This document shows positions 1 to 13,922 of a DNA stretch of 64,000 bases, piece after piece. Within the stretch, counting starts at the first letter, position 1. Each line of letters begins with the position of its first letter. A program made the translations under genes and the position numbers. The stretch is taken from positions 1-64,000 of the forward strand of contig JADIIX010000095.1 of the NCBI GenBank assembly GCA_027604505.1. The letters run 5' to 3'. The notes beneath the pieces were generated by a model, which searched no databases, was not told where the DNA came from, and saw only the letters and a list, made by a program, of their open reading frames with translations. Source of the DNA: Gonapodya sp. JEL0774. Its lineage: Eukaryota.

Positions 1-628
1 ATGAGGAGTTCAAATACCATACCTACCACCCTTATTTGTATAAGAATATTACAAACCACAAAAAGGAGGGTTTACCCGGGCGGGGGCCCCCCCCGGGGGG
101 GGGGGGGGGGGGGGGTGGAGTTTGGGGTGGGGGGTGGTACGGGGGGTGTTGGGACTGGTCCTGCGGCGGGGGCGGGTGGGGTGAAGGGGAAGGGGAAGAG
201 GAGTGCGGGGGCGGTGGAAAGGGGGCAGGGGAAGGATAAGGTGAGGGGGGACGGGAGGAAGAGGAGGAGGCAGGAATGAAAAGGGGGGATGGAGGTGGAA
301 GGGTAGGGTGATTTGAGAACGAACGGGATATGGGAACAGGGAGACGGGAGACAGGACAGGGAGACGGGGGTCGGGGGTCGGGCGAGGGGTGTGACACAAG
401 TGAACCATTTGCACGCGCATTTTGTGGATTGTGGACATGAACTGTAATTATATCTTGTTTCGATGAGGGGAATTAATTTCAAGTATGATTTGATGAGTTT
501 GGGAAGAAGTATGTATGTTTGTTTGAGGGAGGGGGGGGGGAGGGGTGAGGGGGCGCGAATCACTATGACAACCTTATCTCCACGTCTCAATGGCCTACCA
601 TGCGGTGCACGTATTGGGAGAGTGACTG

Positions 629-750
629 TTTCAAATTGTTGACCAACCCATTTGGTCCCCACCGACAGAGATTAAAAAGCAAACCACCAGTGTAGAATGG
701 ACGATAGTATAAAAGGTTTCTAGACGAGGCCGACTAACACAGAGTGTGAC
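629..750 (+). pseudogene. Orphan 3' fragment (end of last intron, last exon, 3' UTR) of a third UPF0658-like paralog
   Basis: 629-750 closely matches ~6548-6665. The exon at 669-712 encodes (E)IKKQTTSVEWTIV*, versus (E)IKKQPTSVEWTIV* in the second copy. No upstream exons are recognisable; the sequence upstream is G-rich. Confidence 0.65.
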
Positions 751-1326
751 TGAGGTTATAATTTGGTGACTACTCGTTACAGCTGTGAACAAGAGAACCT
801 CTAAGAATATTGTAAATTCAGATTCACAGATACCAATTGCACATTGAAAGCTCAGAGCTTGCTTGAACCTTCTTGTATCACTGAGTGATCAGAGAGACCA
901 CAATCGAGGGGAACAGTGGAATGACGGGGAGGAGTGAGAAACGCTCAGACCCTGGTCCAAAAAGAAGTTGATGTATCAAAAGTTTCTTGGAATGTGGCAA
1001 AACCGAGCAACCCTTTCCAATTATGGAGGAAGAGAATGGAGAACGAAACGCCAGAGGTGCATTGCCATCAAAGCCGTCAGAGTTACGTCGGACTGGCAAC
1101 CCGCAAAGCGCATTCGACGAGTAATAAACGAAGCGTGGAGTTTTATTGTCAGGGATGCGTGGGGTGAGCTGCCTGAGGGGGGGAACCTGCCGAGGTACGA
1201 CGGCCTCCGGCCAGAGATTGGGAACAAAACAAAGCGGTCGAGTCGCTGCGCAATCAAAACATCTCTTGTACTCTATGGACACTACCTCTCTGCCGCCCAG
1301 ATCCCACAGACATAACCATCGTCGAC

Positions 1327-3475
1327 ATGCATGAGCGTCAACTCTCGGATCTTCGCGATGGGTCCCTCCACACCTCATCACTTCCCGGGGACACGCTCGG
1401 TCACCGAAAGGACCGAATGTCCGCACTGAGTCGTTTTGCTACTTGCGGATCGAATGATTTTTCCAAGGAGGAGGTCATTGCGGGGAAGAGGAATACGAAA
1501 CAGAACCCGTCGGATAGTACGGGCAACAACAGTTCCGACAGTCAACCCAACGGAACAGTCTCCACTCCAGACTCAAGTAACACCCTAGGTGCACTATCGG
1601 AGTACCTTGAGGACAATCATTCTTCAGTGGGGCGAACAGCCACCTCAAAACTTGGTGGCCGAACCCTGTCTCAATGCGTGAAACAACTTTCTTTGGATCG
1701 AGACCGGGACTTCTTTGAGTCTTACCACCAACATCCCACTGCTCGGACGTCATCACCCAGGCACCAGAATTGTGGCAACGGTGAGGCAGATGGGACGGAA
1801 TGTGCAAGCGACGCATCGACAATCCACTCCAGGACCCAGTACGGAAGGTTGGAATACCCGGATGTTCAAGGCAACCGTACCAACAAGATGGAGTTCCTTA
1901 AAGATAATAAGGTACATTAGCGTCTCGCTGCTTAATACCAACCCTTCGCACTAGTTCAGAAGAGGACCTGGTTCTCGCGCCCTCCAGGTGACCACTTATA
2001 CACGACGTGCACTCACTGCTGGCATTACCCTCGCATGGACTCAAGCAATTTTCGCCATGGTCTTCACATCGGTGATGATGTACTCTCTTGAGACTGTGGA
2101 GTACAATGCCGACTTCGACAATGGTTCATCCGATACCATTAGGGTGAGCACCTCGGCAAGAATTTCAAAAGAATTCAAACCTCAGACTGCGTTGATGTCT
2201 TCTACGCCGATGCACAGTCTTTGAATCTGACCTTGAAGTCCGTGGTGTGCACTTATTTGATGACTCAGTTGGCTGGGTTTTGGCTATACCTCAGCGCGGT
2301 GAGCAGAACGAGCTGTCGAATCACATCTCTTCTCCCTTCAATTTTCAATGTACTTTTAATCTTGCTTAGATCACGATTCGGAATCAAGTAGAACTGTGCG
2401 TGTTTAACCAAAGTTTTCGTATGTGAGGAAACACTCAACTCAACAAAACCTCATCGCAGAGCCGGCTTCGCCATCTTTGTAGTTGCCAATGCATGCATAT
2501 CGGTAGCGATGACTTTTCAGCATTTTCTCATCAGATCCGACATTGCCACGCGATTTCCTGATTTTCACTGCTCCGGCTTGGACACTCTAATGCGTTACTT
2601 TGTGATCTTAAATAGTGCTCTGAGTGGGATCGGCATTATCGCGTGGGCGGTGATCATTTGGCGTATATACTTCCATCTTGATTGGAGAATTTGCTGGCTG
2701 AACAGGGCCGACGCGAAGGCAAAACGTGAGGCGTTTGGAACTGATCCCTAAGCTTATGCGCAATCGCGTTCATATCTCCGTCTTGATCATATAGGTCGTA
2801 CTTCGTTCCTCCACGTCTTTCAGGTCCTGCTTAAGATTACGACCGTGACGCTGATTGCCAACTCATTCTACTACTACATATTGATTCATGTCCCAGGGCT
2901 TGAGTGCCCCGCCACCATCTCTGGGATGTACCTCTTTGCCGATATTTTTATATCTGGTGTAATCGTTATATTCGGGCGCAGTGCGGTGAGATACGGAAAC
3001 ACCTTGACAGGCAAGCTCTCTACGATTGATTGACACCCCGTTATTCCATCGCAGTTGACGAAGCAATCTGCGGCAACGATGAAACTCTTTGTCTTGGGCT
3101 GCGTCGGACTCATTATTATCTTGGTCCAATCAGAGTTCGACCAGATCACTTACATTATCAAACAGAGCTCGTCGTCATCGCAAAGAACCGTGTCAATCAT
3201 CATCGTTGCACGTGTGTATGATATTTCTATGATCACGCTAAGTCGTGGACCTTGAACCTCTTATACTTATAATCCAGAGGGATTGTCAATCGTCACTCTC
3301 GCTATCAGTGCGATACTTGGGGCAAGACTGGCCTCTCGGTTTTCCAAAGTCTCGTATTCAGGTGCGCCAGATGCACCTCTGCTCTTTTTGGTCTCATAAT
3401 GTGACACTCAAATGTCTTCCTCCGTCCACAGAACTTCAGAGGCTGCCCACCAGCATAGACTGGTCCATAGATTAG
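1327..3475 (+). CDS. Multipass membrane protein, UPF0658-like fungal family, copy 1 (multi-exon)
   Basis: Ser-rich disordered N-terminal exon, then spliced hydrophobic exons including WRIYFHLDWRICWLNRADAKAK|RTSFLHVFQVLLK. This resembles the family motif GWxxYxxxGAD...LLK. GT-AG introns link the ORF fragments. Confidence 0.65.
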
Positions 3476-4512
3476 CAGTTTTCTGAATGTTTGCGACTCT
3501 TCGATGGAGGTTTGGCAAGTTTTGGACCAGCATATTCTATTACCCGGCACGCCAATCACTCATGTAGCATGTCATTCACTTATTATTAATTTTGTAATTG
3601 TAATTTATGTAGTGTAGCTTTCGGAGAGTTCTGATGTCTCGTTGAAAGTGCGAGGCAAGGGTGAGCGGCGTCAGTCTTTGTGGCCGTCGGAGTGATGATG
3701 ATCACTTAGTGAGGGGGTTCTAATCGTATTAGTGATCACCACCATTATGTAAGCTGGCTAATAATTATACAGATTCCCAACGAGGCGACAACGAGAGCAT
3801 TTATAGGTTCATCTCCACGGTATTTTCATCAGCACAAGAAACGTTGGCCGGGTCATGAACTGCGAGAGTGACAGTGTGCAAGTGATCGTGTCGTCGGGTC
3901 CCCTGGAGATCAACAGGGATCTGAGGGAGGGACAGAGTTTGGAGTTGGACGTTTGGGAATTACAGTAGGAAAGGGCATCACGGATAGAATCAATTAATCT
4001 AATGAAGACCTCTCAATTCTAGTGCAAGCCATCTCTACAAGTGAGCGCCCAACTTTCAGTTCATCAAGCCCCATCGGTCGCAGCGCACGGCACAAACAGT
4101 AAACAGGAAAGCCGCCACAAAAGGGGTGGGTAAAAGCTCTCATGACAGATCGCTGACCACCCACACAGTCGTCATATGTGGATTTCTCCTTTGGCCAACA
4201 GATATTATCGAATGGAGTTATGCAGTTCCGACTCTTGTTCATGGCCGGCCAGGCGGCGATAATCGAAAACCAAAGCTCTCAACGTATTATATCCCTCAAT
4301 CATTTGGTTGTGTGAGAGTGTATGTTGCCTCTAGGATGATTCTGGGGTGCACCTCATGACAGCAGGGTGAGGGGGTTTCAGGCCAAGAAGACCGATTTCG
4401 TGACCCAAAAATAACACACAAATCCAAGTGATTGGGGACAGAAGCACAGACGCTGCACAAAAAAGCTTGTTCTTCTTGGGCATCAGTTCCTTGTCATCCC
4501 GATCCCAAAGAA

Positions 4513-6634
4513 ATGACCCCAATCCATGAGCAGCGGCTCTCAGATCACAATGTCACACTCCACGTCCCATCATTTGCCGTTGACAGTCTCGGTCGCCGAA
4601 AAAGCAGCATATCTGCACTGAGTCGCTTCGCTACTTGGGGGTCGATTATATTTTCGAAGGGGGAGGTTGCGGAGGAGAATACAGGTTCTGCGAACAGTTC
4701 CAATCAACCAAATGGAACTGTCTCCACTCCCGAATCGACAACCTTGGGTGCAGGCTTAAACCGACTATCAGGGTACCTTGAGGACAACTGTTCATCTGTT
4801 GGTCGAACGGCCACATCAAAACTTGGTGGACGGACACTCTCTCAGCGCGCACATCGCAACTCTTGGGACCGTAATCAGGATGTCTCTTACCATCAACACT
4901 CCACTGCCCGGGCGTCATCACCCAACGAGGAGGAGCACGGTGATGGTAACAATTTCGAAATGAAGGCGGCAGAGTGTGAAAGCGGGGCGTCTACAATTAT
5001 CTCGAGAACTAAAAACTTAAGCTCAGGAAACGTGGATGTTCAAGGCAACCGAAAAAACAAGACGGAGTATCTTAGGGATGAAAAGGTACGGGTTGCTGCT
5101 TAGCACCGACTCTATACAGTGACTGGAATCGGTGCTCTATTTCATGCCCGCTAGATGACGCCATATACCCGCCGGGCACTCAGCGCCGGCATTACTCTCG
5201 CATGGACACAGGCAATTTTCACTATGGTCTTTGGATCGGTCATGACATATTCTCTGGGGACTATAGAGTATGATGCCGACTTCAACGAGGGGTCATCAGA
5301 TACCGTTAGGGTGAGCACCTCAGCAAGAATCCCAAGAGAATTCAAACCCCAGACTGCACTGATATTTTGTACTCCGATGCACAGTCCTTAAATCTGACGT
5401 TGAAGTCTGTGGTGTTCACTTATTTGATGACTCAGTTGGCGGGGTTTTGGCTCTATCTCAGTGCAGTAAGCTGAACGAAGGAGCGAACTGTTATTCTTGT
5501 CCCGTTCACTATCCGCATTACATTTTGTCTAGGTCACAACTGGGAATCAAATAGAATTGTGCGTGACGGAGAAAGTGTTTCCTGTGCGACCATCAACAAT
5601 ATGATAATCGATACTCCATCACAGAGCCGGCTTTGCAATCTTCGTAGTCGCCAATGCATGCATATCGGTAGCGATGACTTTCCAGCATTTTCTCATCAGA
5701 TTCGACATTGCAACGCTCTTCCCTGGATTTCACTACCCCGTTTTGGACACGGTGATGCGGTGGTTTGTGATTTCAAACAGTGCTTTGAGTGGGATCGGCG
5801 TTTTTGCTTGGGTAGTGATTATTTGGCGTTTGTACTTCCATCTTGGCTGGAGAATTTACTGGCTGAACGGGGCCGACGCGAAGGCAAAACGTGAGGCGTT
5901 TGGAACTGATCCCTGAGCTTATGCGCAATCGCGTTCATATCTTCCTCTTGATCATATAGGACGTACCTCGTTCCTCCACGTCTTTCAGGTCCTGCTTAAG
6001 ATTACGACCGTGACGCTGATTGCCAACTCATTCTACTACTACATATTGATTCATATCCCTGGGGTGGAGTACAGTGCCACTACATCTGGGATGTATTTCT
6101 TTGTCTTCGTTGCCATATCTGGTGTAATTGTTTTATTTGGACACAGTGCCGTGAGTTTGTGATTAGTTGATCAAACGAGTTCCGCTTCAATGCTGAGCTT
6201 TAAATTAACTTCTCTTAGGTGACGGAGCAGTCTGCAGCAACAATGACGCTCTTCGTGTTGAGCTGCGTCGCACTTATTATTCCCCTTGCACAATCGGAGG
6301 TCAGCCAGTGCAAGCATATCATCAACCAGATCACACCGTCATCTCGAAGAACGTTGCCAATAACCGTTATTGCACGTGTGTATAAGTTCTCCTGTGGTAA
6401 GGTTGGTTGCGAATTCGACCCTTCCGTTTGATGTTATCCAGAAGGATTGTCGATTCTCACACTATCACTGAGTGGAATACTGGGGATGAGGCTGGCTTTT
6501 CTGTTCAGCAAGGTCCCATATGAAGGTGCAGTGATCTGCTTCTTCTGCTGTTTCAAATTGTTGACCAACCCGTTTGGTCTCCACTGACAGAGATTAAAAA
6601 GCAACCCACCAGCGTAGAATGGACGATAGTATAA
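4513..6634 (+). CDS. Multipass membrane protein, UPF0658-like fungal family, copy 2 (tandem paralog)
   Basis: Same exon structure as copy 1; LYFHLGWRIYWLNGADAKAK...QVLLK; last exon ends TSVEWTIV*. Confidence 0.7.
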
Positions 6635-8411
6635 AACTTTTCTTGATGATGGCGACACAGAGTGTGAATAAGTTTTGACAAAGTTGAACCATAATTTTGT
6701 TATTGCGTATAGTGTACTCAATATTGAGCATGGAAAGCCTCCCTTTGCCCGACGTTCTACGACTCTTCCACCGTCGTCCTCCATTCAAACCAGTGCATAG
6801 CTCAAGTTACCCGTTCAAAGGCTTCACCTCGCCATATCAACTCATTGGTACTCAGAGTCGGGTGACGTTGATATCGCACACCATTTTCCGAAAGTCAATG
6901 TTTCACATAACAGTCGACCCACCCATGAACCTGTAGGAATGTTATTATCCAAACGATAATCAATTCCTATATGTTTGCATAGGGATCGTTGTGAGACATG
7001 GGTTCGGATATCCTAAATCACCAGCCAAAAACTCACCTACTTTGCAGTTGACGTGAATCTTCCTCCTTTCCGTCCACTCGAACCACCTCCACTTGCGCCT
7101 CGACGGAGGGTTGCAGCCTCACGCTCCCGGGTCACTGATCGGAACGCGCTTTTCTGCGGTCTCCCGCAGACGGCATGCAAACGAGTCTCAGGCGTAGGTA
7201 GAGTTGGGTCTAACGCGTGACAAGAACAAAAGAATCAGGATTTGCAGAGGCAATGTAACGCCGGCAGAGACCCACGGCAGACGCTACCGAAAATGAGCAA
7301 CTCCCTGAGTGAGAGGTCAAGTGAACGTTTGTGAACGGGGAAGACCTAGGCTGGTGAACCTGAATGCGAGTTTGGGAAGACTAGGGTTGCTGCCTTTGCA
7401 GAGGTGCTGTTGACCACAGTGTGGCAAAGCACAGGTGTCGAAAATCAAACCTCTATTGTCAAATTTCGTTCCTGCATTATCAGAGACATTATGATGCGTT
7501 TGTTCAAACCTGGTGTCAAATGCCAATGCTTTCTTCGCCCTCCGTTTGGAGCTCTGGATCGATATCACCAAAAAATCAATTTAAAACTATCTACGAATAT
7601 TAAGCTGATTGAAGTTAGATAAGAATTCGTCTATGGCAAGCTATGAAAGCAACCTGCATTAGATGGGGTGTTCTTGTGCACATTGAAAATGGAAACCCGT
7701 CGTGGCTGAAAGCTCCATTCCAGTGAAACCACCACTGGTCCAGTCATGCCTCTCGTGAGTCGCAAAATCGTAGGAGGGATTCACGCTCAGCTCTTTGATC
7801 CGCATTGTTGTTTCCATCACCCTGTGTCGGACTGTTCCCGCTTCCCTTCACCGTTGTGTTCTTCCCCCTCTTCCATTCCTAACGAATCGCAAACCAACCC
7901 CTTATTCAACCCCTCTCTTGTCCTAAACTCTCTCTTTGCGTCAATCGACTTGCTTCCTGACTTTCTTTTGGGCACCGACTCTCCAATCGCTACTCTCGTG
8001 GGTCGCCACGCCACACCGCATTGTATCCACGTTTCCAGGAGTACGCCCTGCAATACCGCTCGACCGGTCAATTCGCTGACCCGGGTCCATGGAAACAGCC
8101 CACGTGGGTTTTTGGCGTGAAAGGGAGGGGCTTGAATCGTGAAGGGAACAGGGGTCGTGGTTGGAGTTGGAAGGAGCAGTCAAAGCTGCAGAGCGATTCG
8201 CCCACTCCCCCTAGACATGGAGAAACATGAGAATTGCTTTCGTGCCCTGGAGCTGCTTGTCAGAGGGACGTTGCTCATCTACTTCAGCTGCCGGAGGTCT
8301 GAAACGATGAAAGGACATTGCAGTAGCAGGATAATCAGCAACTTAGCATGTGGCTCCTCTCAACTATTGCCTCTCCTCGTATTCTCACCCTACTCATTAA
8401 TACCCTCTCAG

Positions 8412-10167
8412 CTCCGTTTCCAAGCCCATCACCGGCCCACTCGGTATCGACGCCATCGCCCGACAGCGTGTCGTGCGCTCCCAGAGAGCTCCGTTCGCTC
8501 TCAATGTTCTCGTGGCGGGCGAAACCGGATTGGGCAAGACCACCTTCATCAACACTTTGTTCGATTCGAAGCTGACGGATCAATGGAAGCGGGAGACGAT
8601 TGCCGCGAAGACGGTGGAAATTAAACCCGTCACGTACGGTGAGTTTAGTAGCTGCTTGTTGCCAACATTGCAGGAATGCCCCCTACTGGTGGTGTGGTCG
8701 GAGAGCATTAGGTGGCGAGCGAGATGAACTTGCTTGCGAACGGGGTCTGCCATTCAGTTGTGTCACCCAGGGTACAATCCCCGCACTCATTTCCACTCCA
8801 CCCCTCCAACAGAACTGGTGGAGCCCGACGACAAGGGCAAGGAGGTCGTTCTTCACCTCACCATTATCGACACACCGGGCTTCGGTGATGCCATGAACCG
8901 TGAGAGGGAGTGAGTGCAGCAAAGTTTTGTCGGCGGTCCGTTCGCTCTGACTTCACTGGCGTCGTTTGCACTTTCCAGCTTGGAACCCATTCTCAACTAC
9001 ATCGATAACCAAAACCACGGCTACCTATCCGCCGAAACTACTCACTCTGTCCGTGGTGATATTCGTGACACCCGTGTTCATTGCGTTCTCTACTTCATCG
9101 CGCCGAGCGGCACCGGGGGTCTCAGAGATGTGGACAAGTACTTTTTGAGGGCGGTTGGTCCAAAGGCCAACGTTATTCCATTGATTGCCAAGGCAGATAC
9201 GTTGACCCCGGAGGAGCTTGCGGCGTTCAAGAAGAGGGTGTGTTGGATATCTCATTTTGAAGACGCGACAACTTTCCATGCTAACAATCTGACTCACTCG
9301 AATATGTCCTTGTTCGCGCCCCGTGTTGTGCAGCTCCTGAAAGACCTTGAATCGTTCAGCTACAAGATCTACCCGCTCAACTGGTCCGAGGACCATGAGA
9401 ACTACAACTCGCTCGTGGTGAGTGGTCATGAACACTTTCGAAGCGTTTATATGGTGCATAGAGATAATGATTTTGCTTTTTTGTACAGCAATTCATGCCC
9501 TTCGCTGTGATTGGAAGCGACTACTACGTCGATGTCGGTGGGGGTAAGAAGGCTCGGGGTAGAAGTTACAAGTGGGGAAATGTGCTCGGTATGTTTTCTT
9601 CTTCAAGGACTCGCAACTCTCTTTTGTGGCTTACACCACATGCCACACATCCAGTCGAGGACCCCAAGCACTGCGACTTTATCTACCTCCGCGAACTCCT
9701 CATCCGCCGTAACCTCGTGGACCTCATCGATACCACCAACACCTTCCACTACGCTGGTCACCGTGGCACGAAGCTCTCCCGCGCCGGTCGCCCTCGTTCC
9801 ATCCTCGAGTGCGACGACGAGTACGACGGCAGGTTGGCTACGGCTAAGAAGCTCTCGTTGGAGGAGATGCAACGGAAGGAGGATGAGATTCGATCCAAAT
9901 TCGTTGCCCAGGTCAAGGAGACGGAGGCGGCGCTTCGGGAGAGGGAAGAAAAGGTGAGTTTTTGGTGATGCTCTGGTATCGCGGCTTTACACCTCGATGT
10001 GTTGCTGAGCGAACATCTCGTCCTTCACCTGCTAGCTCTCCAACGACTCCAAGCGTTTCACCGAAGAGCTCGAAAAACTCCGCTCTCAACTCGAGCACGA
10101 GGCCAAAGACCTGGAGGAGTTTGAGCGGCAACGGAACGCCAAGAGGGCGGCCCAGCAGATGCGATAA
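8412..10167 (+). CDS. Septin GTPase (first exon/start not resolved)
   Basis: G1 motif NVLVAGETGLGKTTFINTLF, G3 IIDTPGFGD, DTRVHCVLYFI, G4 AKAD, septin element PFAVIGS..RGRSYKWG..HCDF, and a C-terminal coiled coil. Confidence 0.95.
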
Positions 10168-10524
10168 ACTATCTGCCGTACCGTTGGCGAGTGGTTGAAG
10201 AGGAAGTACCCGAGAATTTAATGACGAGCGACGGGTGTTATTTTATTACGGTGGACGTGTTGAGAACGTCCATCGGGGGGGTGTGCTCGCACTGAGAGAC
10301 CTCCACGCATTGCGGTGATGTTTGATTTGATGTAGAGAAGGACCAGTTTCTTCTGTTTGCTGAATACAAACGGGCCTGCTTTTATACTCTATACTCAGAA
10401 CGACATGGTGGATTTGTATGTCGGGTATCAATGCTTTTCATGTCGTTCCTTTCATTGTCTACACTTTCTCCGTCGACATTTCCACCCATGTGACCGAGTA
10501 ATGATTCCCGCTGTCACCATCCCA

Positions 10525-13500
10525 CTACACGGACACCTGCTCCTGCTCTTTCGCCTTCCTCGTACTCGGGGTAGGGCCCGACGCGAAGTGTGCTGTGCAC
10601 GATTTGAACAATCTGCCAGGGTTACCACCCGAAATGATGTGCGAACGACTGGCGATATCGGGGGGAGTAGGGGAGTGTACATGAGAACGACAGAAAACAC
10701 CGTCGCGAACCCCTGTCGCGCCAAACGTGCACCGCATCGTCGCACAGCAACTCACACCACCAGCTCCTGACCCAGCGTGACGCCTCCGCCTCCCTGCTGC
10801 CTCATCACTTTGGCATCGATGTAGTACCTCAACAGCCCCTCCACCTCTTGCCTACTCAACACCGGAACCTCGAACCTGACCAAGCCCGGAATCTCTTTGA
10901 CCTCCTTGGCCACCGCGTCCATTTTCGGCGAGTGCAGGCCGACCACCTTGGTAGGATCCGGTACGCGGGCCAGTACCATGGCCGGGTCGTAAGGGGACGA
11001 TTTCCGCGGCGGGGCGGCAGAGACCGTGGTTTGTGCGTCCTTGGCGTTGATGATGGGCGCGGAGGCGAGGAGGGACTTGAGCGTGGGACTCTGGACCAGG
11101 GATTCGGACCCGTTGTCGGCGCCGATGAGGACGGCGTTGTGAAGGGTGGTTTTCCCCAGGAACGGGTTCAAAAAAGGTCGGACGAGGGAGAGGTGGGTCG
11201 AGGGGAGCGGCTCGTTGGTAAGCGAGGTGTAGGATGTGGTGGAGAGGAGTGCGGGGAGGGAGTCAATGGCGAGGAGGAGGGGGGGGCGGCTGGAAGATGG
11301 AAGAGAGAGTTTGGAAGGGGGAAGGTGTAAGCAACGTCTCGCAATCGAAAGGTGAGCGCATTCGACCGTCGCTGCATTTCAAATACCCCACAATCCCTAC
11401 CACAACCCCACCATCACTTCCCGCTCCTCCTCGCTCCCCACCCTTCTCCCCCACACCCCTCGGCCACCCAACACCCACCTCTCGTTCTCCACGCCCATCT
11501 CCTCGAAAAACGCCTCGAGCACCGCGTGGGCCTGCGCGGGATCCTTTGCTCCCACGGCCAACATTTCCGCCACGTTCGTCGTACCACCACCACCCGCCGG
11601 CATCTGCGTGCGGCCAAACGTGCGGGGTTTGGAAAGGGGGATCTGGGGAAGGGGTGGCGACGTGGGAGGTGCACCGGGGTGTGTGTGAGGTAAAACCGCG
11701 GGTCAGACACCACCCCGCCCCCCGCACGGCCCTCCCCCTCCGCGGGCCCACCTTTTCCAGCACGTGTGCGTTCATGGTCCTGATATCTCCCACCACGCGG
11801 GCCGCCAAGGCCGGTTGGTCGAACATTTGGGGGTCCCCGCTCCCATCGCGGGGTTGGAAAGGCTCCATGGCAGAGGTCCATTCGGCGGCTAGGAGGTGTG
11901 CGTGTGGGGGCGCCGGGGGGAGGGGCGGGGGTGACGGGACCGGATGATGACGTTGAGGCGAGGTGCTCCATCAGAAACGAGGAACGACGGACGAGGCGGG
12001 GGGAGGGATGGATAGCGATGGGCCACGCACGGTCCATGGTCCACCACCACTCACGAAAAAAAAGAACCCAAACTGCACGGCACGGCACATGCACGACGCA
12101 CAGTGCCCTACCCCACTTTCCATCCCCACCCCCACCCCCACACCACTCCCCGCTACTCACGCCTCGCCACATACACCACGACCCACCCCATCTCACTACA
12201 CCGGGCAGCGACCTGGACGAGCGTGGCGGACTTGCCCGAGCCGGGGGGGCCGCCTTTTTTTCGGGGAGGAGGGTGCGGGTGTGCGGGGGGGGGGAGGGGG
12301 AGGGGGAGTTACGCGATGTGGTGATGACGCGGTGAGGGTGGGACCGGGGCCCTGTCGAAGTGTGTTCAACTCACAGATGACGATCTTCTCTGCCTGCCCT
12401 GTCCGGGATGCGTCCTCCCCTCCCTGCCGGTGCAGGACCCGGTTGAGCAGGGCGAGGACCGAGGGACGGAGGAGGAGGGCGGGGGAGGGGGCGGAGGGAG
12501 ATGGGAGGGTGTGAATAGGTATGAAAGTTTACTAATAACAACAGCGCGACGGACAGTGCACACGGCGCACCCGGTCCACCCGGTCCACCGGTCTACAGGG
12601 TCCACAGAGTCTACAGGGTCCACAGGGTCCACACGGCGGACACTCAGTCCGCACCACACATATCCCCACAAGTCCTCCCCCCCCCCACCACCTTCCAAAC
12701 AGCAGGCCGGGCCTTGTCCCTTCCCCCTTTCCCCCCCTGGAGACCAGAAACCAACACAACTCACGGCGGACAAGTTCTCGAGGACGATCTTAGGGGGAGG
12801 TCTTTTCTCTGTGGGAGCGGTGATGGAGGTGAGGATGGAGGAGGAGCCGGGCTGGGGGTGGGATGGGGGATGGGGGATGGGGATTGTGGGAGTGGAGTGA
12901 GGCGGAGTCAACATGTGGAGTGTGCACATCAGAGAGAGGACAAAGGGCAAAGGGNNNNNNNNNNCTTGGTCTTTTGGTTCGGCCTCGGCCACCCACCCGA
13001 ATTTGGATATGGACGAGATGACGGTCCCGTCCGCGTTCCCCCATCCCTGCCACGTGTCCCTTGCTGTGCACTCCCCTCACGCACTCCCCCCTATCGCCCC
13101 GCCCCCCCCCCTCTCGGACCTTCCACTCACATCCCTCTCCAACGCCTTCGGCATCTTCTGAGTCCCCATGCGTTTCACAAAGGTGTCTGGAAGGCGGAGG
13201 ACGCGGTGGAGGTGGGATGGGGTGGAGGTGGACTTTGNNNNNNNNNNTTTTTGTGGGTGTGTAGTGAGGCGGTGTCAACATTGGGAGTGTGCACATCATA
13301 GAGTGGACAACGGGCAACGGGGGGGTGGAAGGGGGGTGGATGCGAGGGGTGAAAGACGTACTCTGTCGCCCGCGGGTTTTTTGACAGCGACTGCAGATTT
13401 TTTGAGAGGACCGGTTATTTTCTTTTTACCAGGGACGAGAGCTGTGGGTTGGGTGGGGGGTAGGGGGGGAGAGGGGAGGGAGAGTGAGAAGAGGGAGATG

Positions 13501-13710
13501 GGAGAAGGGAGGACAGAACAGACCGAGAAGAGAAGGCGATTGATGGAAGAGTCTGTGAGAAGGGAGAAGAGAGAGGGGAAGGGTGAGGGGAGTGGGAGAC
13601 AGGCAGTGAGGGACAAAGGAAGAGGGAGTGGGAGTGCGGGGGAGGTGGAGGAGCGATGGGGATTGGGGGGATTGAAAGAGTGGGAGACACGAGTGCGAGT
13701 GGGAGACATG
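10525..13710 (-). CDS. RSM23: Mitochondrial ribosomal protein mS29 (DAP3/Rsm23); 5' end approximate, spans two N gaps
   Basis: Walker A PPGSGKSATLVQ (~12200-12250), FDQPALAARVVGDIRTMN, FEVPVLSRQEVEGLLRYY, C-terminal ISGGNP. Confidence 0.8.
12570..12632. repeat. Degenerate 9-bp tandem repeat (ccggtccac / agggtccac), intronic
   Basis: About 7 imperfect units visible directly. Confidence 0.8.
12896..13322. repeat. ~58-bp imperfect direct repeat (12896-12954 and 13263-13322) within the mS29 gene
   Basis: agtgaggcggagtcaacatgtggagtgtgcacatcagagagaggacaaagggcaaaggg versus agtgaggcggtgtcaacattgggagtgtgcacatcatagagtggacaacgggcaacggg. Confidence 0.8.
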
Positions 13711-13922
13711 GGAGACACTGCAACGTCGCATTTGTGGGGCACGCGACTCCTGCCACTGCTGTCTGAGTGTGTGTGAATGGTGTGGAGGTGAAGAACCAGA
13801 ACCGGCCAACCTGGCTGTGGTCGCTGTGGTCATCACCCTCCTCCGCACACACCACCCTCGCACTCATCAATCACACACAATCACACGCCGCAAATCCGCA
13901 ATCCGCCGCACCGCACCAAAAG

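Noticed and set aside
1..560. Gly-rich and Pro-rich ORFs on both strands
   Set aside because: They arise from G/C homopolymer runs that lack stop codons; no recognisable domain.
900..1320. Short ORFs upstream of membrane-protein copy 1 (e.g. 968-1315)
   Set aside because: No recognisable motif and largely not shared with copy 2; cannot be supported as a gene.
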